Assembly: GCA_049970055.1 (NCBI GenBank) | Contig: JBMFNR010000005.1 | Span: 1-58,015, forward strand | Reading direction: 5' to 3' | Length of the DNA stretch: 58,015 nt | Source of the DNA: Fervidobacterium sp. | GTDB lineage: Bacteria; Thermotogota; Thermotogae; Thermotogales; Fervidobacteriaceae | Shown: piece after piece, positions 50,065 to 58,015 of the stretch | Position numbering within the stretch: the first letter of the stretch is position 1 | How the letters are laid out: each line of letters opens with the position of its first letter | Made by a program: the position numbers and the translations under genes | Notes under the pieces: model-generated | Database searches by the model: none | Told to the model about the DNA's origin: nothing | The model's input: only the letters and a program-made list of their open reading frames with translations

Positions 50065-52054
50065 GGTATAACACCTCCTGGACGATACTGAACGCAGTTT
50101 CTATTAATTGATCCCAAAGCATGTACACTATTGAATAGACAAGTATAATTACAAAGATCCACCCTAAGGTTAGGAAGATACTCTTAATAGTCTCTCTAAG
50201 GTCGTAATCATGCGTTTCTTTAACTCCTATGGCGAGTAGTATTGCACTCCAAGAAATCAAAATAAAAGATGAAAAATCTATCAGAAATCTCTCATTGTAA
50301 GTCAATATGTAAGTACTTAAAACAACAATAGGTTGAAAAAGCACGTATGGAGCAAAGGAATATGCAGTGAAAACATAGATATCTCTGAGCGTTCCACGAC
50401 CATCGTTTATCGAGCTTACTAACCAGTTCGAAATAATCCAGAGGCCAAGTGGTGCCGCTGCTGTAAGAAGCACAAACCCTACCGTTCTGTCCTGCGTGTT
50501 CAAGTTGAATATAAAGCTTCTTCCAAAGTAATCGAGCAATACAACACCAAGGAAGAGTATGTACAAAATCGATGCAGACAAAACAGATCCATGCTTCTTT
50601 CTTTGCAAGTAGTAAAAGGTATCAAGTGGATGCCTTAGGATATTTTTAACGTATAAAATATCATTTAATAATTTATTCTTCAATTGAATTCGAAGCTTGA
50701 TCAGGCCTTTTTTAGCAAAAAGATCTAATATGAATGACATTAGTATAACTAAGGCAACGATAAATAATATAATACCCATATTCTTCTGCAACCATATATT
50801 TCTCATTTCCCAAAATGCATCGGAGTAATCTCTTCGTGCAAAGGCTTCTCTGAAATGGAGCGCTGCTTCATTGTACTGAGCCGCTTGAAAGTACGCTTTA
50901 CCAAGACCATAATGGGCGATCTTTGAATACCCGTCGTATGTCATTACTTTCTCCCATAATGCTTTACTTTCCAGATATTTTCCCTTCTCGTACAAATTCA
51001 AAGCCTGATGCAATATATTTGCATACTCTGTAGGAATAAAAACATGCACAAGTCCTCTCTCTTTATCCAAGACATACAATTTACCGTTTTCATCTACCTC
51101 AATAGCTGAAGCAACCGAAAAGAGCCCATTCCTCTCAGTGGCAATTGCGCGGCCCCCAAACGAGAATATTAGATTACCTTCAGAATCATATTCGTATATA
51201 AGCCCACTTTCAGTTAATGCATACATACGTCCTTCTTTATCAACAGCTATGTCTACGAAATTGTCTTCATCTACCATTCGTCTTTCACGAGAAGCCGAAA
51301 GGATATTTAAACCAATGGTGTTATGTTTCTTTATTGCATTGCCGAACTCCTTTTGAGTAACAGTGTATATTAGGCCTTTATTATCTATCGTTATATTCGT
51401 ATACGGCTTAGGTATTCTGTGAAGAAACTTTTCTTTCTGTTCTTTTGAATAAAACAAATCTATAAATTTATCAAGAAATGTAATTGAAACCATATTGTTA
51501 CCGAAGTAACCAAGGAACTCGCCATTTTTATCTAACTGTATAACTCCTTCGGATGTTCCCTCGCTAACAACATAGATATTACCTCTTTTATCAACAGCAA
51601 GCTTTCTCGGTTTATAGTTTGCCGTTTCACCAAATAGAGGATTTGTCGGTCTGCCTATCCTTTTCACTTCTTTTCCGTCAAGCGTGAAAATAACAACTTC
51701 TGAACTTCCCGGGTCAGCAACATATATATATTCATCTGTGACAAAGATACCAGTTGGTTGCCACAGGCTTAGTTCTCCAATAACTGTCGCTTCCCTGGTA
51801 ACCATATCATACACAAGTATTCTTGCATTACCAGAATCAACGATGTACATTTTAGAACCATTTATGAATAGATCTTCTGGATAGTACAAATCGAATTCTC
51901 TGAAAAGTACTTCGCTAACTATATACGCATCTTGTGTCACCTTCCAAGAGTTTCTTCCACTAACAGTGTAAGTTAAGAACGTACTATTGACAGCCATTAA
52001 AAGTGTACTTAACGTTAAAATTAAGATTACAACGTAGTATCTTAAATATCTCAA
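50045..52054 (-). CDS. NHL beta-propeller, TPR and Yip1 membrane-domain protein
   Basis: NHL repeats (PEDLFI..YIVDSGNARI, PTGIFV..YVADPG, LAVDKRGNIYV); TPR AHYGLGKAYF; LRHPLDTFY followed by about 5 TMs; TTG start. Confidence 0.8.
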   Translation of the reverse strand: MRYLRYYVVILILTLSTLLMAVNSTFLTYTVSGRNSWKVTQDAYIVSEVLFREFDLYYPEDLFINGSKMYIVDSGNARILVYDMVTREATVIGELSLWQPTGIFVTDEYIYVADPGSSEVVIFTLDGKEVKRIGRPTNPLFGETANYKPRKLAVDKRGNIYVVSEGTSEGVIQLDKNGEFLGYFGNNMVSITFLDKFIDLFYSKEQKEKFLHRIPKPYTNITIDNKGLIYTVTQKEFGNAIKKHNTIGLNILSASRERRMVDEDNFVDIAVDKEGRMYALTESGLIYEYDSEGNLIFSFGGRAIATERNGLFSVASAIEVDENGKLYVLDKERGLVHVFIPTEYANILHQALNLYEKGKYLESKALWEKVMTYDGYSKIAHYGLGKAYFQAAQYNEAALHFREAFARRDYSDAFWEMRNIWLQKNMGIILFIVALVILMSFILDLFAKKGLIKLRIQLKNKLLNDILYVKNILRHPLDTFYYLQRKKHGSVLSASILYILFLGVVLLDYFGRSFIFNLNTQDRTVGFVLLTAAAPLGLWIISNWLVSSINDGRGTLRDIYVFTAYSFAPYVLFQPIVVLSTYILTYNERFLIDFSSFILISWSAILLAIGVKETHDYDLRETIKSIFLTLGWIFVIILVYSIVYMLWDQLIETAFSIVQEVLYRVRNIR

Positions 52055-52091
52055 AATCTAATTCCCTCCCTTCAGAGCTTTGAAAACGTTG

Positions 52092-52964
52092 TTATTTTAG
52101 TCCGCTGTACGCCATTGTGTTCATAACTCGTGATTGCATGAAAATGAAAAGTAATAGATTTGGAACGAACATTATTAACCCTGCGGCTGCTGCAATTCCT
52201 TGCCCTGCAATTGTGTTACCTGTAGTCTGTGTAAGGTTTGAAACGTAGAAAGCAAAAGTTCGAAGATTTTCATTGTTTATATAGTACGTCGAAGCTTCTG
52301 TACTATTCCATGCAACTTGAAATGCTAATATTCCAACCGTTGAGATTGCCGGCTTTAGTAACGGGATAATTATATTGAAAATTATCTGAAAATCGTTTGC
52401 ACCATCAACAAGTGCTGCGTCTATCAAAGCGTCAGGTATTTGGTCTATGAATTGCTTTACAAGAAACACGCCAATAGGCATTGCTAATAGAGATAGTATG
52501 TTAATTATAAAGGTATCTATCAGCCCAAGAGATTGAACAACGTAATATCTTGGTATTATAACTGCAATGGGAACAAACATCAGTGCAAGATTGTTTATGG
52601 TAAATATCAAGTTCTTTGCTTTGAATTGTTTCTTTGAAAGTGTGTACCCCGCAAATACGGAAATGATTATTGTGAATAAAACAGTAAAGAAAGCGGTCAA
52701 TATACTATTGACAAGGTACCTACTAACCGGTATATTCGAACCTCTTGTCAGTGCAAATAATTCGTAAAAGTTAGATAGTGTAGGCCTTTTTACAATAAAC
52801 CTTGGTGGGTATAAAAATAGCTCATCCAATGGTTTAAATGCTTGCGAGAAAATAAATATTATAGGAAGCATCATAAAAACAGCAATTGGTGTAAGGATCA
52901 AATAAAATTTTATTTGACTTTTATGAAAATACCTTGGGTTTGTTCGCGTTGTGAATCTTGCCAT
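52092..52964 (-). CDS. Carbohydrate ABC permease (MalG-like)
   Basis: [30 protein letters not shown]. Confidence 0.93.
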   Translation of the reverse strand: MARFTTRTNPRYFHKSQIKFYLILTPIAVFMMLPIIFIFSQAFKPLDELFLYPPRFIVKRPTLSNFYELFALTRGSNIPVSRYLVNSILTAFFTVLFTIIISVFAGYTLSKKQFKAKNLIFTINNLALMFVPIAVIIPRYYVVQSLGLIDTFIINILSLLAMPIGVFLVKQFIDQIPDALIDAALVDGANDFQIIFNIIIPLLKPAISTVGILAFQVAWNSTEASTYYINNENLRTFAFYVSNLTQTTGNTIAGQGIAAAAGLIMFVPNLLLFIFMQSRVMNTMAYSGLK

Positions 52965-52973
52965 ATTTACACC

Positions 52974-53867
52974 TCACCTTTCACCAAACAATCGCCATGC
53001 AATACGTGAGAAAAACCAAATTATGATCAGTAAAACAACGGAAAGTGCTGCTGCATATCCCATCTCGTAGCGCAAAAATCCGTAATCCTCGATGTGATTA
53101 ACAATTAATTGCCCAGCGTATTGTGGTGTTGGATTAGAGCCTGAAAGTGCAACACCTATACCAGCTGATGTGAAAGTATTAACGATAGACATGACAGCGC
53201 CGAATAACATCTGCGGTTTCATAGCCGGTATAGTTATGTAGATTATCTCTTGCAATCTATTTTTAATTCCATCAATATAAGCTGCCTCGTACAGCTGTTC
53301 ATCTATGTTCAAAATACCAGCAAGCATAGCTAGGAACCCTACTCCCATACTACTCCACAAAGAAACCAATATCATTATATCCATAAGGTGTTGAGGCGAT
53401 TGCAACCATTGAACAGGTTTGTCTATTATACCAAGGTTTAACAGAAGCGCATTCAAATAACCTTGCTGATCACCGTTGAATAAAACCCTCCAAACAACGG
53501 TCATAGTAACACCAGCTGTTAGTGATGGAGAGTATAAGATCAAAGCGAATATCGTTCTTGGTATTTTCGTTAACTGTGCGACCAACCATGCAAGTATAAA
53601 CGAAAGGACATAACCACCAACACCAACAATAAGAGCGTACTTAATAGTATTTGGCAATACTTTTTTCATGAAGATATCATCGCGTGTAATTAGTGTTACA
53701 TAATTTTGTACACCAATCCATCTTGGCTTTTCAATAGCGTTGAAGTAAGTAAATGAAAGAAAGATTGCCATAACTACAGGTAAAACTATGAATATAGTAA
53801 AAAGCGTTAGGTAAGGGGATAACAAAAGCCAGTGATTTGAGCGCCTTCTTGGTAGATTAGTAGCCAT
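52974..53867 (-). CDS. Carbohydrate ABC permease (MalF-like)
   Basis: [39 protein letters not shown]; start ATG 53867. Confidence 0.93.
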   Translation of the reverse strand: MATNLPRRRSNHWLLLSPYLTLFTIFIVLPVVMAIFLSFTYFNAIEKPRWIGVQNYVTLITRDDIFMKKVLPNTIKYALIVGVGGYVLSFILAWLVAQLTKIPRTIFALILYSPSLTAGVTMTVVWRVLFNGDQQGYLNALLLNLGIIDKPVQWLQSPQHLMDIMILVSLWSSMGVGFLAMLAGILNIDEQLYEAAYIDGIKNRLQEIIYITIPAMKPQMLFGAVMSIVNTFTSAGIGVALSGSNPTPQYAGQLIVNHIEDYGFLRYEMGYAAALSVVLLIIIWFFSRIAWRLFGER

Positions 53868-56800
53868 GTGAATCACCCCAAAGTGTTTTCTGGTTTTCGA
53901 GATAAACATTAGCTTCTTCCCCGAGATTCTTAATTAAAAATTCCTTCATATCTTTGTACATTCTAAAACTCTTGACAGGTTTCCCCAATTTTATGTAACC
54001 AAACTCTGTCAGCTTCCGTTCAAGTTCTCTATTTATTGTGATAACAGATCGATCTATAGATGCGCGCAATGGATAACCTTCCACTACTACTCTGTTCCAT
54101 ATGTTACTTATCTCTCTTTCCGTCATATAACCACCAGGATGCCTTTGCACCTCTCTAATCCAAGACCATTGTTCCAATATGACTTTCTTTTCTCTTTCTG
54201 AGAAGAAGTCAAGTTCATTAAATGCTTGAATATTTGCGGTGTTCCACAAATAAGTCGACCCGTATCTGTTCACAAGCATCCTTGAGAACTTTACCTGCGT
54301 GTCTCTTGAAAGCCACCATTTTAAGAAACTCCATGCTTCATTTTTCTTCTTTGAATTAGCAAAAATTACATCAGCTCTATCACCTGCAACTTGGTATCTT
54401 AATACTCTACCATCCAATGTTTTAACACCGGGCGAAGGTGCGATATCCCAGAGTCCATATATCTCATCCGCAGCATTGAGCAATGTTACGTACAATCCAA
54501 AATCACCAATGCCAATTGGTATTCTTCCATACCTAAACGAATTATAGAAACTAGCAACCTGCTCTGGCACACCATACACAGAGAAAAGCTCTGTCATAAG
54601 CTCGAATGCCTTGACTGAATTTTCCTCGTTTATTGCTGTTTTCATACCATCTTCTGTGTACAATCTTGCTTCGTTTTGGAAGAAAAAAGGAGCGGTTGTG
54701 TTGAAGTATTTTGTTGCTTGTTCACACATCGGTATGAAGAAGTTCATTCCTCTTCTTTGAAGTTCTGGAAGAATTTTCTTAACATCATCCCAAGTATCGG
54801 GAATTGGAATATCAAGATTGGCTAATATATCTTTTCGATAGAAAAGTACGTAAAAGTTCTGAGTTTCTGTTATTCCATACACCTTATCGTCAATGACCAT
54901 CGGTAGAAGTGTTTCTATATTGATGTTTTTGGAGACGAAATCGTAAAAATCCCTGAATTCAGATACAGGATGTAATGCATTTCTGATAGCAAGTTCAAAA
55001 GGAATCCAGTTGCTAATACTCATTGCAACATCTGGTGTTTTACCAGCTGAGCTTGCCAAAATTAATTTTTGTTCGTTTGGCATGAGCGACAAGATAACTT
55101 TTATACCTGTCTTATGTGTAAAATCACTATCAACAAGGTATTGAAGAGTTTCAACATATTGAACAGGTCTATTTATCCAAACTCTTAAAGCCTCTTGATC
55201 TACCTTTTCGTAAACCGAGTAATTTTCATTCTTATTGAAAAGTGACAGCCAGAATTTGTAAATCTCTTCGTAAGATGCCACTAAAAACGAACTAACAGGT
55301 TTTAGATAGTCACTTAAACGCCATTTATATAAATAGATTTTATCGATAGTCATGGGCTGTTCTTTAAGTCTCATTGAAAGTTCAGACAATCTCTGAGCGA
55401 TGGAAGCCGAACCCTCACTGATTTCATCTATGAAGAACGGCAACCTTTCTGGTTTCTCTAAAATCTTGTCGATTAAATCAGCTGAGACAACCATATCTGA
55501 AATGGAAGGAATTCCACTCTTACCAACAACATCAAGTAATTTCTGATATCTATCTCTTAATTCATTCGATATTTCCTTCATCTGTTTTAAAGCGTCAGGC
55601 ATATACTTCTCTATATCCCATGTTCGATTGGGGTCAAGGTTGTTTCCAACAAGTTTCCTGAGATCTAGGCCAATCTTTTGCAATTTCTTAACCGTATCCT
55701 TCAGGAAAACGATTGTGTCTTCGAAAACGCCTGTTGTAACTTCAAGTGTTAATAAATGTCTGCCCTTATCGAGGTAAACGTAATAGGGTTCACCAGATGA
55801 GTCTGACAATGTTGTGTCATACCATGAGTATCCGGTGTAACTGAACTTGTAATTCCCAAATTCCTTAAACGGCACTCTACCATCTATGTAAATTCTTCTG
55901 AAGACAGGCATACCACGATTTAGTGATTGTTGATATCGAAATGCTATTTTATAAAATCCAGAGGTGTTAACTTCGAAGTACCAGTGAATTTCTTGTCCAG
56001 ATTGTTTATAAGTATTACCATCGACAATATTCATCATTTTCTTTAGCGGTTCATAGGGAGACACATCAGATGTTTGCAGATTGCCAACAGAAATAAGAAA
56101 ATCTGACTTTCCAAAAAGTTTTTCTGCTTCAAGAACAACGATTCCATTTTTCCTATCCTCATTTGAATTTTTTTCATAATTCATAGTATCCCTTGTGTAT
56201 CTAATATATTCAGCATAGCTAGGTACATTTTCAACATCCTCAACTTTAACAAAGTAGATTTTTGAAATGTATATGTCTTGTTTGAGATTTGTCATCTTGA
56301 AACTATTATTTCCACGTTGTAAGTTTATGACCAACGGATTACTCGAAATTCTTTGAGCATCTTTTAAAAATGTTACTATCTCACCATTAAAAACATGTTG
56401 CTCCGGGATGATCTCATTACCGTAGCGATCGTAGATTTTTTTCACATCGTAATACAAAAAAGTGTCGATAAAAGCCTGATATTCCTTCGTACTGTTTACT
56501 ATTAGCTGCAGTGCACCGCTTGTTGTTGTGGGCTTTGTGAACTTGTATGATAAAAGCACGTAGTACCTACCACCATTGGTGTTCACACTAATGGTTTTTG
56601 TCTCACCATTTGGAATTTCAGTTTCCAAGATCAATTCTGTAGAAGCCCTTGAAAGAAGATCGTGGTACTTGAGCTCGTTAAAATCGACACTGTTCGAAAT
56701 ATCAAGGTATGTAAAAGACTTTTGATCTACCAAAAGCCTTTCTAAAGATGTTTTATACTTGTTGTACTCAGCACTACCTAAAAAAAATAACACTAACGAT

Positions 56801-56868
56801 ATAGAAACCACTACAGCAAAAATAACGCTTGACCAAATCAGGATCTTCTTCACTTTCCGTACCTCCAT
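53857..56868 (-). CDS. Very large membrane-anchored solute-binding protein with N-terminal CBM-like domains
   Basis: N-terminal TM; beta-sandwich-like region ([41 protein letters not shown]); C-terminal family-1 SBP motifs ([35 protein letters not shown]). Confidence 0.85.
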   Translation of the reverse strand: MEVRKVKKILIWSSVIFAVVVSISLVLFFLGSAEYNKYKTSLERLLVDQKSFTYLDISNSVDFNELKYHDLLSRASTELILETEIPNGETKTISVNTNGGRYYVLLSYKFTKPTTTSGALQLIVNSTKEYQAFIDTFLYYDVKKIYDRYGNEIIPEQHVFNGEIVTFLKDAQRISSNPLVINLQRGNNSFKMTNLKQDIYISKIYFVKVEDVENVPSYAEYIRYTRDTMNYEKNSNEDRKNGIVVLEAEKLFGKSDFLISVGNLQTSDVSPYEPLKKMMNIVDGNTYKQSGQEIHWYFEVNTSGFYKIAFRYQQSLNRGMPVFRRIYIDGRVPFKEFGNYKFSYTGYSWYDTTLSDSSGEPYYVYLDKGRHLLTLEVTTGVFEDTIVFLKDTVKKLQKIGLDLRKLVGNNLDPNRTWDIEKYMPDALKQMKEISNELRDRYQKLLDVVGKSGIPSISDMVVSADLIDKILEKPERLPFFIDEISEGSASIAQRLSELSMRLKEQPMTIDKIYLYKWRLSDYLKPVSSFLVASYEEIYKFWLSLFNKNENYSVYEKVDQEALRVWINRPVQYVETLQYLVDSDFTHKTGIKVILSLMPNEQKLILASSAGKTPDVAMSISNWIPFELAIRNALHPVSEFRDFYDFVSKNINIETLLPMVIDDKVYGITETQNFYVLFYRKDILANLDIPIPDTWDDVKKILPELQRRGMNFFIPMCEQATKYFNTTAPFFFQNEARLYTEDGMKTAINEENSVKAFELMTELFSVYGVPEQVASFYNSFRYGRIPIGIGDFGLYVTLLNAADEIYGLWDIAPSPGVKTLDGRVLRYQVAGDRADVIFANSKKKNEAWSFLKWWLSRDTQVKFSRMLVNRYGSTYLWNTANIQAFNELDFFSEREKKVILEQWSWIREVQRHPGGYMTEREISNIWNRVVVEGYPLRASIDRSVITINRELERKLTEFGYIKLGKPVKSFRMYKDMKEFLIKNLGEEANVYLENQKTLWGDSHGY

Positions 56869-56910
56869 ACTTCAATTTTACTTATACGTTATTTTGAGTA
56901 ATTTCACAAA

Positions 56911-56938
56911 CCGATGGCTGATGTCAACCAGCCATCGG
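56911..56938 (-). terminator. Stem-loop after the first binding-protein gene (mRNA stabiliser or partial terminator)
   Basis: Perfect 10-bp stem CCGATGGCTG-8 nt-CAGCCATCGG. Confidence 0.75.
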
Positions 56939-56972
56939 ATTTATAATGTTTATCTATTCTATTTTGACTGTT

Positions 56973-58015
56973 TCATTTACTTTCAACTTGCTTCCTTATG
57001 TTTGGAAAATTCTTTTCAACATCGGCAAGTTTCTTGGAAAAGTCTGACCATGCATCCTTTATTATTTTGTTGGCTTTTTCTTGAGTTTCCGCTGCAATTG
57101 TTTGTGGTTGGACTTCACCTTTTCTTATCTTTTCACTAACCGGGAAAATAACATCCCATGTTGCTTGATCCCAACCTGGAACAACCTTCCACATATCTAC
57201 TCTTACCGTTTTATCAAGATTCTTAAGCATCCACTTAACGCCAGCAGGTATTTTCATTCCATCAAAATACTTGACAACATCTGGGTGCATAGTTGCAGGA
57301 ATGAACCAGTCAATTAATCTTCCATTTTCTTCACCATTTGCTTCATCGATTTTCAGCCTTGTTATAACTCCTCTGGGATCGTAAGTAAGGAACTTTAGGA
57401 ACGTAAAAGCTTCTTTTGGATACTTTGTTGTCGATGTCATAAATGCGTAATTTATATGTATTGGCTGTCTTAGGCCTATCTTTGGATCATTCGGCAATGG
57501 ATAATAATCGAGGTTCCATGGCAATGTTCTGACCCAGCTCCAATCCCAAGTTCCGTGAAAACCAGTTAAAACTTTGGATTCTCTGAATGCGTCTGCATCT
57601 TTTCCAAATTTCTTTTGATAATCATCAAGTTGTCCTTTGTTCCTTAGTTCCTCGTTTTTAAGATCATCGGAAACAAGTCCAGGGATCGATTTCAATTCTT
57701 TTTGAAGCGTTATTGCTTGTATCCAACCACCATTAACGAGATCAAATTCCCACTTTGATGGATTAAAACTCCAGAAAGTTGTGTTATTGTTAAGTACAGC
57801 TGCCATAACATTATCAAAATCCCAAAGGTGGTTAATTCCAGAATATTCTTTAGTAGTTGCTCTTCTTAAGTATTGCTTGAAAATGTCAACAGACCACGTG
57901 TATGGGGGCGTCGGGAGATTCAATTTTTTCATAAGATCCAAATTAACGATAATCCCCTGAAAATGCAATCTTTCACCAAGAGCATATGTTTTACCATTAT
58001 ATTTAAATGCTTCCT
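56973..58015 (-). CDS. Carbohydrate ABC solute-binding protein (5' end beyond the window)
   Basis: Frame open to the window edge (EAFKYNGKTYALGERLHFQGIIVN); NLPTPPYTWS, YYPLP, TKYPKEAFTFLKFL. Confidence 0.88.
   Translation of the reverse strand, partial: EAFKYNGKTYALGERLHFQGIIVNLDLMKKLNLPTPPYTWSVDIFKQYLRRATTKEYSGINHLWDFDNVMAAVLNNNTTFWSFNPSKWEFDLVNGGWIQAITLQKELKSIPGLVSDDLKNEELRNKGQLDDYQKKFGKDADAFRESKVLTGFHGTWDWSWVRTLPWNLDYYPLPNDPKIGLRQPIHINYAFMTSTTKYPKEAFTFLKFLTYDPRGVITRLKIDEANGEENGRLIDWFIPATMHPDVVKYFDGMKIPAGVKWMLKNLDKTVRVDMWKVVPGWDQATWDVIFPVSEKIRKGEVQPQTIAAETQEKANKIIKDAWSDFSKKLADVEKNFPNIRKQVESK

Noticed and set aside
52080..52094. LacI/cre-like sequence TTGAAAACGTTGTTA
   Set aside because: Only one good half-site, overlaps a stop codon mid-operon, no promoter seen; the real operator is probably beyond the right edge

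Overview
AT-rich, densely coding bacterial chromosome segment. Gene content (toga-type SLH coiled-coil anchor, racemase-PNP-DHH-GGDEF block, NfnAB, GH16/GH3 locus) points to phylum Thermotogota, plausibly Fervidobacterium (inference). Left to right: an ABC-2 exporter pair and a 1211-aa Ig-like/LVIVD lipoprotein; a cobalamin riboswitch controlling btuF-btuC; feoAB with a Fur box; glnA and a YgiQ radical SAM gene; a PLP racemase. A ~26 kb + strand run follows (punA, DHH phosphoesterase, two giant pseudokinase-P-loop-TPR-GGDEF proteins, murB, M18 peptidase, MarR, an envelope cluster, miaA, dnaX, pilT, prfA, upp, rho, nfnAB). The window ends in a >16 kb minus-strand beta-glucan utilisation locus with a doubled ABC importer. 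The most intriguing element is the tandem diguanylate cyclase pair. The first gene's frame is contiguous with the DHH gene and appears to start at a non-canonical ACG. No CRISPR array, tRNA/rRNA gene or mobile element was recognised. All family assignments come from motif reading; no database search was run.
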